Below are positions 41,528 through 56,521 of a stretch of 64,000 nt of DNA, piece after piece. A program made the translations under genes and the position numbers. The notes beneath the pieces are model-generated. The model was not told where the DNA came from and ran no database searches. It saw only the letters and a list, made by a program, of their open reading frames with translations. Every line of letters starts with the position of its first letter. Position 1 is the stretch's first letter. The DNA comes from Octopus vulgaris (taxonomy: Eukaryota), in the NCBI GenBank assembly GCA_951406725.2, contig OX597815.1:5394001-5458000 (forward strand), given 5' to 3'.

Positions 41528-41796
41528 GTTCGGACTAAATTCGACAGTTTGAACGGCATAAAAAGGAAAGAATACACAAGATTACAACCAAAGATAAAGT
41601 ATTTTAAGAAATTAAAAATTTTCAACTACATTATGGCTGGGAAATAATAGTTTGCTCAAAATAGCCGCCCCCATCTTTTCATCAGAAACTGAAGACAGCT
41701 CTCCCTCACTTTATCCTTGAGAAGACCTTCAAACATCTCGTTGATCTTGGCCACCAGCTCGGCCTTGGTGTAGCAGAAAGAATGGTTGGTGTCTTG

Positions 41797-42080
41797 AGAG
41801 TGGATTTGGTAGATGGAAACTGAAAGAAGCCCGTCGTATATATGTATATGTATACATTGTGTGTGTGTGTGTATCTGTGTTTGTGTGTCGTGTCCCTCAC
41901 ATCGCTTGACAACCGATGCTGGTATGTTTACGTCCCCGTAACTTAGCGGTTCGGCAAAAAGAGACCGATAGAATAAGTACTAGGCTTACAAAGAATAAGT
42001 TCTGGGGTCGATTTGCTCGACTAAAGGCGGTGCTCCAGCATGGCCGAAGTCAAATGACTGAAACAAGTAAAAGAGTAAAA
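41797..42080 (+). mobile_element. SINE family A, 5' truncated
   Basis: Matches the 3' two-thirds of 26018-26423. Confidence 0.85.
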
Positions 42081-42252
42081 AGCGTCACGATGATCTTGTC
42101 ACGCCTTACAACCTCTTCAGCTTTTACAGATTTCAAAAGGCCTTAACCAACGTGCATTTTAAAGACCCGGCGCGAATCATAATGGTACGAATAACTCTGT
42201 TTACACCCAAGCTATTCCCGATTGAACAGACGGGTCAACTCTGACAGAGCAC

Positions 42253-42253
42253 A

Positions 42254-42307
<54 letters not shown>

Positions 42308-42315
42308 AAGTAGTT

Positions 42316-42379
<64 letters not shown>

Positions 42380-42690
42380 AAGTAGTTGTAGTAGTAGTAG
42401 TAGTAGTTGTAGTTGTAGTAGTAGTAGTAGTAGTAGTTGTAGTAGTAGTAGTTGTAGTAGTAGTGGTGGTGGTGGTGGTGGTGGTGGTGGTGGTAATAGT
42501 GGTAGCAGCAGCAGTAGTAGTAGTAGTAGTAGTAGTAGTGATGGTGGTGGTAGTGTTGGTAATAGTAATAGTCGTAGTGGTGGTGGTGGGTAACATTAGT
42601 AGTAGTAGTAGTAGTGGTGCTGGTGCTGGTGTTAGTAGTAGTAGCAGCAGTAGTAGTAGTGGTGGTGGTTGTAGTAGTAGTACTAGTAGT
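42253..42690. repeat. (TAG/TGG)n microsatellite
   Basis: Directly visible. Confidence 0.97.
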
Positions 42691-42765
42691 ATGGGAACAA
42701 CTACTGCTGTTGTAACAACACATCCCTGCATCCATCATATGTTGGTGCTCCCCTACCCCTGGCGG

Positions 42766-42941
42766 CACTAGCGTAGCTAGAGCGTGTTCCACCCGGGGAT
42801 GACCCTTCCTTCCGCCGCCCCCTAGACCCCACAAAAAATTACATATTGCCGACAACAAACTCAAAAGTGCCACCCCTTTAAAAGTGCCGCCCGGGACATA
42901 CCGCCCCTACGCCACCCCTGCCCCCTCTTGATACGCTAGTG
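42766..42941. mobile_element. hAT-type MITE (176 bp) with 8-bp TSD
   Basis: TIR CACTAGCGTA...TACGCTAGTG; TSD CCTGGCGG at 42758-42765 and 42942-42949. Confidence 0.88.
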
Positions 42942-43978
42942 CCTGGCGGATGACAGTTTTGTGAAACCCGAGCGACAGTCCGCCAGCCCGTGGCTCTGTT
43001 TGGGTTGTTGGCACTGGTGAGGGTTTTATAAGGAAGAATTGCAAATCCTATCTCAGCCCCTTTCTGATTAAAACCAACCCCGCCTTTATCCGTGACCATC
43101 CATCCATCTTAGAGGTTAAGCAGAATTGCATTATCTGTGTCTCTTCTTTAATTAATCCTTTAGTATTTAAACCGGCCAAATCCGGTCAAAATATTTTGTT
43201 CAAACTGGCCACATCCGGCCTCTCGTACCTGTCCTACAATGTTATTTTTCATCCTTTGCTTGTTTCAGTCGCAAGACTGTGGCCATGCTGGGGCACTGCC
43301 TTGAGAAATTTTTAGTCGAATGAATCAGCCCCAGTACTTTTGTCTTTTGGTAAAGCCTGGTATTTATTCTATCGGACTTTTAGCCGAACCGCTAAGTTAT
43401 GAGAACGTAAACATGCCAACACCGGTTGTCAAGCAATGATGGAACGCACACACACATATCTATCCCAGTCTTTCATCTTCTCCAAGAGAAACTTGTTTTC
43501 TGTCTCTGTTTCTTTCTCTTGTCTCTCTGTCTTTTTCTCATTCCGTAAAAACTTATTTGTTTATGCTTTGAAGAGAGCGGAAATCGAAAGAAGAGAAAGC
43601 GAAAAGGACAGAGAGAGCAGAAAGTGAAGGAGAGGAGAAAGTGAAAGATGTATGTATGTGTATATGAAATGGACGTGTGTGTGTGCGTGCGTGTGTGCGC
43701 GTGTGTTAAAGAGAGAGAAAGAGAGAGATACAGAGAGAAAGAAGGAGAGAGGAAGAGTGAGTGAGTGAGTGAGTGAGTGAGTGAGTGAGAGAGTGAAGGT
43801 GTCGTCATCGTATAAAATGCTTTATAAAATGCATAAGATTATAATGTTAAATTTTTGAAATGCAAATATGTGAATGAAAATTAAGTTTAGTTTGTAACCG
43901 AAAGAGTACTGAATCTTTTGATATGCCATACGTCAAAATCAGTAACTCGGTTTTGGAATGTATAAGGAATATATATAC

Positions 43979-44019
<41 letters not shown>

Positions 44020-44022
<3 letters not shown>

Positions 44023-44384
44023 GAGCAAAACGCCACCCATCCAATGGATGGTGCTGAGTTGTCAACCATTTAAACCAAATTTTCTCAAAACAACTTGTCC
44101 GAACGTCCCATGGGCCTCCCCTTTGATAAACACTGATTTAACCTAAATTTAAGATACCGTGCATTTTTCTCGCGTACGCGTAGTATCGATCGCAACAGCT
44201 GATGTACTTGCGCGTACAAATGCACGTTTCCCACGGCTTTATCGATCGCGTTCTCACCTGGAATCGATTTTTGTAATTTTTTTCAAGACTTATACACGCC
44301 CTGATACTGTCGGTATCTACATATCAAACTTGAGCGCAATCGGATGGAGGATGCCCGAGATCCTAGAAGACACAGACAGAACGG

Positions 44385-44420
<36 letters not shown>

Positions 44421-44678
44421 GCACAGACTGCTTTCAAACTGAAAGTGTTATCTCACATTACAATAGAGGCGTAATACTGAAATGGTGTAAGAGGTTACTC
44501 TAGGCTCGCATTAGGCAAGAAGTTGAAAAATTTTGGGGCTCATGACGCTGTATGGATCCTAAGTAAGGAATGCGTAAAATTTGAATGAAATCGGTTGTGC
44601 AGTTCTCGAGTTTTAGGAATTCAAACAGACAAACAGACACACAGAGACACACACATTCTCATCTTTATATATATAGAT
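44020..44678 (-). mobile_element. Helitron-like non-autonomous remnants (two candidate 5' ends)
   Basis: Minus strand A|TCTATATATATAAAG...GTCTG repeats...CCGATTTCATTCAAATTTT near 44677, and a similar end near 44400. Confidence 0.5.
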
Positions 44679-44955
44679 GACGGGCTTCTTTCAGTTTCCG
44701 TCTTCCAAATCAGCTCACACGGCTTTGGTCGGCTCGAGGCTATAGTAGGAGGCACGTGTTCAAGATGCCACGTAATGGGACTGAACCCGGAACCACGTGG
44801 CTGGAAAGCAAATTTCTTACCACACAGCCACGCCTGCGCCGACGTTAGGCTAAAAATAAACAACCACACAAATGAAATCTGAAGACTATGAGATAATGCA
44901 GGATTAATTCGAAACAATGTGAATAAAGAAGAATCCCAGTTGACAGAGTAATCTG

Positions 44956-45352
44956 GGATCTTTTCGGTTTGAACGGCATTTTTTTCTAGCGGTGTCATAT
45001 GAAATTGTTACCCATAATTATGACCCTAGTATCGATCTATTGCATTTCAATCTGTTTTAGGGTTAGGGTTAGGGGTGGAGGGAAGGGTATCTTTTTTTCT
45101 TCAGAAATGTAAATAAACCCAATCTGTTTCTTAAACGAGGAACATATTCATACGGCAAAGAATGTTTTCACCTTAATAGACGTCATTGCTTGGTTGAAAT
45201 TGCAGAAGAAAAAACAACAACAAATATCTTACAAACTATAGAATTTTCTCAATAAAGCCAAGAGAAAAAGATGTTTTATAAACACATTCTACCAAAGTGT
45301 TTAGTTACGTGGAAATTATTTTTAAAAACTGCCGGTCAAACCGAAAAGATCC
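44956..45352. mobile_element. MITE with GG-initiated 23-bp TIRs and 8-bp TSD (Merlin-like)
   Basis: GGATCTTTTCGGTTTGAACGGCA ... TGCCGGTCAAACCGAAAAGATCC; TSD GTAATCTG at 44948-44955 and 45353-45360. Confidence 0.88.
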
Positions 45353-45624
45353 GTAATCTGAATGCTAAACAGTTAAGATATCAGAGTATAATTCGAGGAC
45401 GGCATGGCTGCTATTTCTAGCAAGACGAACGACCACGCCTGTAGCTAATAATAACAATGTGTGTTTTTCTCTTCTTAGTCAATTAAACAAAACTTTACAA
45501 TGTTATAAATGAAATGTTTGTATACGCAGTAATATTGCTCGTAGGGGTTCAAATAGCGTCTAAATCCACTTCGTATCTTCTATCTTCCAAGATCAATATC
45601 ATGACTACGAATCACGAATTGTAA

Positions 45625-47010
45625 TCTTTTCTACTCTAGGCAACAGGTCCAAAATTTTGGAGGAAGGGGCCAGTCGATTTGACCGACCCCAGTATGCATC
45701 TGGTACTTAATTTATCGACCCCGAAAGGATGAAAGGCAAAGTCGACCTCACCGGGCGAAATGCTTAGCGTTATTTCGTTTGTTTACGTTCTCAGTACAAA
45801 TTCCGCCGAGGTCGACTTTGCTTTTCATCCTTTCGGGGGTCTATAAATTAAGTACTAGTTGTGTACTGGGGTCAATCTAATCGACTGATTCCCTCCCCAA
45901 AAGTTTCGGGTCTTGTGCCTAGAGTAGAAAAGAAAATTCGTAGTGATTATAAAGCGGCGAGCTGGCAGAAACGTTAGCGCGCTGGGTGAAATGCTTAAGC
46001 GGTATTTCGACTGCTGTTACGTTCTTAGTTCAAATTCCGCCGAGGTCAACTTTGCCTTTCATCCTTTTGGGGTCGAAAAATTAAGTACCAGTTACGCACT
46101 GGGGTCGATATAATCGACTTAATCCGTTTGTCTGTCCTTGTTTGTCCCCTCTATGTTTAGCCCCTTGTGGGTAGTAAAGAAATAGGTATTTCGTCTGCCG
46201 TTACGTTCTGAGTTCAAATTCCACCGAGGTCGACTTCACCTTTCATCCTTTTAGGGTCGAAAAATTAAGTACCAGTTGCATACTGGAGTCGCTCTAATCG
46301 ACTGGCCCCCTCCCCAAAATTTTCGGGCCTTGTGCCTAGAGTAGTTGTCAGAATTTTTAGCACACCGGACAAAATTCTTGGCGGCATTTCGTCTGTTTTT
46401 ATATTCTGAGTTCATACACCACAGAGGTCGACTTTACCTTTTATCCTTGTGGGGTCGATGAAACAAGTACCAGCTGAGCATTGGGATCGATATAATCCAC
46501 TTAACCTCTCATCTGAAGTTGCTAGCTCCGTGACAAGGTTTTGAACCAATATCTTAGATATGAAAAGTCCCTACGATGATTTCTTTCAGTAGAGGCACAA
46601 CTTCCTTATTTTTGGTGTGAATAAAGAGCAAGAATTAGTGAGGTTCATTCGTTTCCCGAAGACAAAAGCAGCGTTGCTGAAGTGAAGTGATTTAAATAAT
46701 GGACTTTGAGTCAAGCCTGGTTTGCCAATTACTACAGTTTGTTTTTAGCTCCGGCGGCCCCGTTTCCGTGACGTATAAGTGACCAAGATCCCAGCATCCC
46801 CTTTAAACGAGATTCTGGTCCGTTACAAGGGCACGGACAAGTCGATAATATCGACCCCACTACTTGAATGGTACTTATTTTATCGACTCTGTAGGGACGA
46901 AAGCTAAAGATGACCTCGGCGGGATTTGAACTCAGAACGGAAAGATCCGGAAGAAAGGTTGCTAAGTATTGTGTCCCACGTGTTAATGATTCTGCCAGCT
47001 CGTCGTCTTA
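45625..47010. mobile_element. Cluster of SINE family B copies in both orientations
   Basis: 45625-45750 (-), 45751-45933 (+), dimer 45951-46343 (+), 46345-46548 (+), 46810-47010 (-). Confidence 0.85.
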
Positions 47011-47189
47011 CTTACAACTTTGCCAGCAATTGAGTTAAAATGATTCTATTTGGTATTCAATAGTAAAAATGAAATAGAATAATTTATTTTTAAAATAATA
47101 AAAAGTAAATAAAATAACGGAACGTCTACGATTTGAACCTAGAACCGCTCATTTGCCAGTTATACATGAAACAAAATAGTTTGGATGAA

Positions 47190-47335
47190 GAAAATTGGAT
47201 GTAAAAAATATAGTTAATTTTGAATAACCAATGAGAATGTTTTAAATCAAACCATGTGGCCACAAGATATAAGAAGCAGCAGTGATGTTTGGGATGTTTC
47301 GGCCAAAATCGAAACCAATCGGTTTATTGGGGAAG
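47190..47335 (+). promoter_or_regulatory. Candidate promoter with CCAAT boxes and a TATA-like motif
   Basis: CCAAT at 47228 and 47315, ATTGG at 47194 and 47326, TATAAG at 47268. Motif-only evidence; a possible splice acceptor TTTTAG at 47371-47376 allows an upstream UTR exon instead. Confidence 0.3.
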
Positions 47336-47388
47336 TTTAACTGCAAAGGTCAGAAAGAAAGGCCGACAGCTTTTAGGTATTAAACTAG

Positions 47389-48690
<1,302 letters not shown>

Positions 48691-49000
48691 ACGATTTTGC
48701 ACAAAAAAACAAAAAAGATATTTTTAAGACTTTATGAAACAGTTTTCCTTTTATTTAGAGACCCAGAAATTTTAACGTGTTAATTTATAAATTTAAACTT
48801 TTAAATTTTTTGTGGGTGTATGTTAGAATAATCTGCGTCTGGAATTATATGTGCAAGCGAAGCATATTAAAAACCAAACGCTTTGGATGTGTGTTTCTTT
48901 TTTCTGATTTGTTAACTTTTTGTTGTTTTGAGTATTTTCTTCCGCATTGAAATTAATCTATTCCCCCTCTCCCCCCTCTTTAATGTGAGACAAAATTAAA

Positions 49001-49006
49001 AATAAA
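49001..49006 (+). terminator. Candidate polyadenylation signal
   Basis: AATAAA about 310 nt after the stop, followed by T/G-rich sequence. Confidence 0.4.
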
Positions 49007-49674
49007 GCTTGAATTTTGATTTTGTGCAAAAGCCAATTTAACTTGTATTTTAGAACATTTTGCTACAATATATAAACTGCAAACTTTCCATACTTGCCCA
49101 GGCATTTCCATTAATTAAACAAAGCTCAGTAAAGAATCTCTGGTATTTTACAGAATCTAGATGATTCCTTTTAAAATAAATCTTCAAAGTTCGAAATATT
49201 TGACATTTCACACCCGATTATTTTTATAATAAAATCATTAAATTCATTATTTTGGTCAAAATAAAATTAAACGAATTGAAACTCTATAAAATATCGTATT
49301 GTTTCCCTCCCCCCTCCCTTAGCGTGCGTATATAATTCCAGTTATTGTTCAAGCTTTAAGTCTCCTTTCAAAACCATTTATGAAAAATCGTTAATTAAAT
49401 ATTTCTCATCACTAAACGAAATACAAGGTTATGTTCAATATTAAGCTGTATTTCTACAAATAAAAGAAAATAGCATTTCTATTTGATATTTTAAACCAGA
49501 CTTATTTTGGAGTTTATCAAACTTCAGGTTTGTCCAATTCTGTTATCGCATGTGGTATATCGGGTTTTATGCCTCACGCAGTTTGATAATTTTTCACTTA
49601 AATACATCGTTGTTGCTATAAACGGTTATGCATTATCGACCATCTTCTAAAACTAGACGTTATTCGCAGGAAAT

Positions 49675-49894
49675 ACTCTTTTACTCTTTTACTTGTTTCA
49701 GTCATTTGACTGCGGCCATGCTGGAGCACCGCCTTTAGTCGAGCAAATCGACCCCGGGACTTATTTCTTTGTAAGCCCAGTACTTATTCTATCTGCCTCT
49801 TTCGCCGAACCGCTAAGTGACGGGGACGTAAACACACCAGCATCGGTTGTCAAGCAATGCTAGGGGGACAAACACAGACACACAAACATACATG

Positions 49895-49946
<52 letters not shown>

Positions 49947-50110
49947 TACGACGGGCTTCTTTCAGTTTCCGTCTACCAAATCCACTCACAAGGCATTGGT
50001 CGGCCCGGGGCTATAGTAGAAGACACTCGCCCAAGATGCCACGCAGTGGGACTGAACCCGGAACCATGTGGTTGGTAAGCATGCTACTTACCACACAGCC
50101 ACTCCTGCGC
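49675..50110 (-). mobile_element. SINE family A, full length
   Basis: Near-consensus reverse-complement copy. Confidence 0.92.
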
Positions 50111-50954
50111 TGAAATGGTAGCATTTTGTTGAAATAGAATATACCAAATATGGATAATTACTGCATACGCTTATTTTCTTTGTACAATTTCACTTGGGAC
50201 AAACACGAAACGTTAAATGCCATTTCGTTTGGGATTCTAATGTTTAAGTTCTGCAAATGCATCAGTCATTACATTCTTCTTTAATAAAACACAAGGTTGA
50301 TCTTAATTTAAAAAATTCATAATTGGGTATTTTTAATTAGATTACATTGTAATTAAGCCTGCTTTAAAATTATTTCTTCCGAACTTGCATCGCGACAAAA
50401 GGATTTGCTGTTTTCAATTTCCCTTTTAATTTCATTTCGCCAAACTTGTTACTGCTTCGGGCGGATCTATTTAATGTCAAAAATTCTATTTATCTTTTAA
50501 TCATAAATTTCATAGTTATTGATTAAGGCAACAGAATGCTTCTTTAATTTATCTTCCATAAATTAATTTCCAAGGGTCCAGAGACCGATCTACAAATGGT
50601 TGAAGTGATAGATGCTAGTTCATATCCACTGTATGGCACCATTTAATACCTATGGACAACACGAAAATCTCATCTTCTTTATCATTTTCGTTGTCTGTAG
50701 GATCCATATGTTGGCAAGTTCCACTACTGGAAACAGGAGTAGCACTTAGAAGAAACTCATCTTTGAGATCAGTTTATATGAGATTCGCGAGCAAGTCTGA
50801 TCCAACAGCTGGTACTATGCTTTTACTAATTGTTGTGGGTCATTATGGAGTTTTTCGGACCGACATGGAGACTCTCTCGGCCCTCTCGCATTCGATCCAG
50901 CAGATAATCGAGAAAGTAAGCGACAGCTAGGGGATGAGAGAGACTGGGGCTGTT

Positions 50955-51560
50955 TTCATTTTCAGCTGAGTAAACAAGGGGAACGTGAAAAGATGATGTA
51001 CCTTTTCTGAAAGAGACAACGCATCGCCTGGTTCAGGAATCGAACCGACGACCTTACGGTCATGAACCAAACACTCTTAACTACCAGGCCATGCACCTTC
51101 AACCGCATCAAACAGGTGATGTGCTCAATTATGGTCTCCGTTATCACATGGGAGCACAACGGTAAGTCTTGGTTTTTGGAATTTTATTCACTTTTGATGG
51201 TGGCAGAAATAACTGTTGCAGCATTTTTAAATTTTATCTTTTATTTCAGTCCTCAGGCTGCGGCCATGCTGCGGCACCGCCTTGAAGAACTTTTAGTCGA
51301 ATGAATCGACCCCAGGACATTTTTTTTTCAAGTCTGGTACTTATTTTGTCGATCTTTTTTGGCCAGGTCACGGGAACAAACCCAAACACACGCACATACG
51401 ACGGGCTTCTTTCAGTTTCCGTCTACCAAGTCCACCCACAAGGCTATGACCGATCTAGGGCTTTAGTAGAAAACATTTGCTCAAGGTGCCACGCAGTGGG
51501 ACTGAACCCGGAACTATGTGGTTGGTGAGCAAGCAAATTACCACACAGCCACTCTTGCGC
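50955..51560 (-). mobile_element. Old family D-like SINE (50955-51097) and deleted family A SINE (51240-51560)
   Basis: tRNA-like head with GGTTCGATTCC on the minus strand; family A head and tail motifs. Confidence 0.7.
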
Positions 51561-52259
51561 ATATAGCTACTTATCTATATATAAAATCTTAAATCTCATT
51601 AGTGTGTCCCACCTGGTGTGTAATTGTCGCAGTCAGATTTTGTTAAAGGACCAACACAGAAACCATTCTGTTGAGTAAATGAATCGTTTGTTAATTGTTC
51701 AATCGTTAATTACTTCCACACGCAGCCCAAGAAATACATTTTCATTCATCTGCAGCTACCATGACTACCACCACCACAACAACAACAACAACATGACCCA
51801 CGGCATTGGTAGATGTAAGATTGGAATGCAAGCTGCATCAGCCATACAGAATCCGAACAGATACCACAAGACCTCGCCCTAGAGACTCTAACAACTCCGC
51901 CATTTCCCTGCCCTGCCCTCGGGGCTCTTTTTAAGAGATCCCGAAATGGTAAAAAAGACAAAGTGGACCGGCGGAGGTAACGAATACGTACACCACCCGT
52001 TTTCGGCGTAACATATACCCGAACCCTAAACGGCACAACTTAAATACAGAGGTCCCGACGCGTCGACGTAACGATGTTTTTACAGTGCACACTGGTTAGG
52101 GTCTAGGGTTAATTTTAGGGTTATGTAGACGCGTCGAGAGTTAATTAAGTAGTACTCCATAGACACTGGGTGTTCGTATTTACTTTCGCCGGTTGACTTT
52201 GGTGGAATTTGAACTCTCGTTGCAGATAATCGAAACGAATCTAAATAGCGCGCGCTCGT

Positions 52260-52312
<53 letters not shown>

Positions 52313-52317
52313 TACAT

Positions 52318-52390
<73 letters not shown>

Positions 52391-52783
52391 AAGGCGGCGA
52401 GCTGGCAGAAACGTTAGCACGCCGGGCGAAATGTGTAGCCATATTTCGTCTGCCGTTACATTCTAGGTTCAAATTCTGCCGAGGTCGACTTTGCCTTTCA
52501 TCCTCTCGGGTTCGATAAATTAAGTACCAGTTACGCACTGGGGTCGATGTAATCGACTATATCCGTTTGTCTGTCCTTGTTTGTCTCCTCTGTGTTTAGC
52601 CCCTTGTGGGTAGTAGAGAAATAGGTATTTCGTCTGCCGCTACGTTCTCAGTTCAAATTCCGCCGAGGTCGACTTTGCCTTTCGTCCTTTCGAGCTCGAT
52701 AAATTAAGTATCAGTTGTGTAATGGGGTCGATCTAATCGACTGGCCCCCTCCCCCAAAATTTCGGGCCTTGTGCCTAAAGTAG

Positions 52784-52786
<3 letters not shown>
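52391..52786 (+). mobile_element. SINE family B dimer (tailX then tailY)
   Basis: Junction GAGAAATA|GGTATTTCGTC. Confidence 0.9.
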
Positions 52787-52840
<54 letters not shown>

Positions 52841-52953
52841 TGTTGATTGAGACTTTGTCCAGCTTGACGGCTTATATACTTACATGGAGACATAGATACG
52901 TATACACAAATAGATCTGTCTACTTACGTGCGTGAATATATGTAATCTATCTA

Positions 52954-52994
<41 letters not shown>

Positions 52995-53215
52995 TATGAA
53001 AGAGAGAGGGAGATGTGTATATATGGCGTGTGCGTGCATGCGCGCGAATACTCACAAAGAGACCCAATTATAACAGCGTTAATCGATCTCTAAAGAAATT
53101 GTTTTGGCTGACCTCATTTAGCGTTGCAGTTAACGAACTTTCATTGCAATCTCGTTCATAAATATCTTCTGTCCCCCGTAATCCATGATAAACTAGAAAC
53201 TTTTACAAATCTCCC

Positions 53216-53246
<31 letters not shown>

Positions 53247-54184
53247 GGGTTAAAATAGCGGCGACAAGTCTCCTGAAAGTTGATCAGCGTTGCGGTGATG
53301 ACCTATAAGGTATTGAGACAATTTTAATCTACAGAGTAATTAACGTTTGAAAAACTTTCCGCTAATCCTTCCTTACTTGACATATAAGTATCCCAATTTA
53401 ATATTTTCACCTTCCATTTTGTCGTCGTTCATTAAGTTTTAAATTAGAGAAATAAATGTTGATTCCGATAGAAGACGCTGACGAGTAGCAGTTAGATTTT
53501 AAGTTCCAGCTTGTTCCGCCTGAAGGCAAGTTAATCGATGATATTATTCTGTCTTCTATGATAGATCATTAATGCGGATTCTTGGAATTAATTGAATAAC
53601 GACCTTATCATCCCAAACATTCACTTTAATAAGCAGAAACGAGCTGACGAATAACATTATTATTATTATTATTATTATTATGGTGTTCGTTTTTGCAATA
53701 GAAACAAAACAAGCTCTCAAGTGAATTTGTTTTGTTCTGTAATTTTCTTTTCATAGCTTTTGGAAACTTTGCTGAATTGATATAGAATTTCCTCCTTAGT
53801 ACGGAGCTCTAATTCTCATAAATAGAAATTCTATAGACTAATATTCTTCCCATTTCTAACTGGATGGAAGAACACAACATGGAAAAGAAAAACCCTGAGA
53901 TACTAACTTAATGCAATGTTCCTTATAAGATCGGTTCATTAAACTCATCTAAAGGTTTCCATTTTTGTCGTGATGCCAGAGGAAACGAATGGAAATTCAC
54001 AGAAAACTTAATGGGACGTTTGTTATAAACAGCACCGCGCTGCTGCTCATTCTTGTGGTAAACATTTCTAAGGAATTAGATTAGGTCGGTGGAGGTTGAG
54101 TGTATTTGTTGACGATGCAGTGCATTCGGTACAAACGTACTAATAACGCTGTTGGTTGAACGATATGGGGCGAAAACTGTAATC

Positions 54185-55070
54185 GTTTACTGGTTTAAAT
54201 CAATGGGCGGCGGCCATGCTGGGGCATTGTCTTGTGGGTTTCGGTCAAACAAATCGACCCCAATTATTTTTAATTTATCGTCTCTTTGCAGCTAACCGCT
54301 GATAAATTAACACCGGTTGTCAAGCTGGTGTGTGTGAGAGGGTGAGAGGGAGGGAGAACGATTGCAGACACACACACGTAGACATAGACATATATATATA
54401 TATATATTTGTACTTGTTTCAGTCATTCGACTGCGGCCATACTGGAGCACCGCCTTCAGTCGAATAATTCGACCCCAGGACTTATTCTTTGTAAGCCTAG
54501 TATTTATTCTATCGGTTTTTTCATCAAGCTACTAATTTACGGGGACGTAAACACACCAACATCGGTTATCAAGCCATGGTGGACACACACACACACGCAT
54601 ATATATATATATATACCTATATGCGATGGGCTTCTTTCAGTTTCCGTCAACAGAATCCACTCACAAGGCTTTGGTCGGCCTGAGACTATAGTAGAAGACA
54701 CTTGCACAAGGTGCCACGCAGTGGGACTGAACCCGGAAACATGTGGTTGGGAAGTAAGCTTCTTGCCATATAGCCACGCATATATATTTATTTTGTTAAA
54801 GCCTGGTCCTTATTCATTCGGTCTCATTTGCTGATTCTGCTGTGTTACGGGGATGTAAACAAACTATCACCGATTGTCAAGCGGCGGTAGGAGGACACGT
54901 GCACATTGCATTTATTTATTTACGACGGGCTTCCAGACAGTTTCCATCTACCAAATTAACTCAGATGACATTGGTCGGCCCAGAGCTTTAATAGAAGCTA
55001 CCTGCTGTACAATGGGATTGAACCTGAAACCATGTGGCTGCAAAACGAGCTCCTTAACCATATAACTATG
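54185..55070 (-). mobile_element. Three SINE family A copies (best preserved at 54409-54779)
   Basis: Family A motifs at differing divergence. Confidence 0.8.
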
Positions 55071-55595
55071 CCTCTGATTTACATTATTTCCATCTATCTT
55101 TAGTTTTTAACTCCTTTATAAACTTAGCGGTTGAGTTCATCCATTCACATCAAAATTATATTGCTATTTGTTTTGTTTCAGGCTTATGATCAAAGACAAT
55201 CCAAATGTGACCATCTCATATAATTCAGTGTTTTTTAACGATGTGTTGGTGTGTCCGGAGCAACATGGTTGCAGTTTAATAAGAAAAGAGTAAAGCCATA
55301 AGTAGGAGAGGAAGACGAGAGGAAATAACGGCTAAGATGCAATAAAGTTGGGAAATGAGAAAAAATAAGTGAATCGATATAGAATGCAATAAAGGTAATG
55401 GAGTAGGTTTAATTTTCTGTGGTAGGTTGGGGGGAGATATATTTTTTTTTTTAAATCATGGATATGAAGGCTTTGAAGTTTGGCGAGTAATCCCTCGCCA
55501 CAACGCGGTTCACCTGTCGCGGTTTATTATTTCAGCTTATGCCGATTCCACCATGGTGGTGTTTTTGCATTTATAATAAAATAAATATATATACA

Positions 55596-56008
55596 CAGGA
55601 GTGGCTGTGTGGTAGCTTGCTAACCAACCTCATGGTTCCGGGTTCAGTCCCACTGCGTGGCATCTTGGGCAAGTGTCTTCTGCTATAGCCCCGGGCCGAC
55701 CAATGCCTTGCGAGTGGATTTGGTAGACGGAAACTGAAAGAAGCCTGTCGTATATATGTATATATATATGTATGTGTGTGTTTGTGTGTCTGTGTTTGCC
55801 CCCCTAGCATTGCTTGACAACCGATGCTGGTGTGTTTACGTCCCCGTAACATAGCGGTTCGGCAAAAGAGACCGATAGAATAAGTACTGGGCTTACAAAG
55901 AATAAGTCCCGGGATTGGTTTGCTCGACTAAAGGCGGTGCTCCAACATGGCTGCAGTCAAAATGACTGAAACAAGTAAAAGAGTAAAACAAGTAAAAGAG
56001 TAAAAGAG
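55596..56008 (+). mobile_element. SINE family A, full length
   Basis: Near-consensus copy with repeated GTAAAAGA tail. Confidence 0.92.
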
Positions 56009-56143
56009 TATATATATATATATATATATATATACATACCATGCCCCAGCATGGCCACAGCTCATTAGCTGAAACTGGAAAAATAAAAAAAAAATATATA
56101 TATATATAGGTGAGAAAGTTGGTGTGTGAAAGCACGTGGTTGG

Positions 56144-56361
56144 ATATATAGAAAATAGAAAAGAGTGAAAAAACTACAGAAGGCTTGTTTTATAAGGTTA
56201 AAGATTATATTTAAGTCGTTATGTTAGAAGAATGTTATAAAATGTTTTCATACAGTAACATGTATGAAAAAATTTTATAACATTCTTCTGACATAACGAC
56301 TTAAATATAATCTTTAACCTTATAAAACAAGACTTCTGTAGTTTTTTCACTCTTTTCTATT

Positions 56362-56371
<10 letters not shown>
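56144..56371. repeat. Near-perfect 228-bp palindrome
   Basis: 111-bp arms, 6-nt loop at 56255-56260, about three mismatches. Confidence 0.95.
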
Positions 56372-56405
<34 letters not shown>

Positions 56406-56439
56406 TTATATATATATATATATACATACACACACAGTA

Positions 56440-56521
56440 CAGTACTGTTTCTACTTCGGATTTTCACCAATCGCAGGTGGGTTTGGAACGTAACACCTAC
56501 GATAGTCGAGGGATTACTGTA
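56440..56521 (-). mobile_element. pogo/Tigger-like MITE terminus
   Basis: Minus strand TA|CAGTAATCCCTCGACTATCG; related end AGTAATCCCTCGCCACAACGCGG near 55486. Confidence 0.5.

Noticed and set aside
45056-45075. True telomere or chromosome fusion site
   Set aside because: Only three units, inside a TSD-bounded MITE
50560-50930. ORF 50652-50930 as a host exon
   Set aside because: No recognisable domain; the opposite strand faintly resembles a decayed RTE fragment, too weak to call
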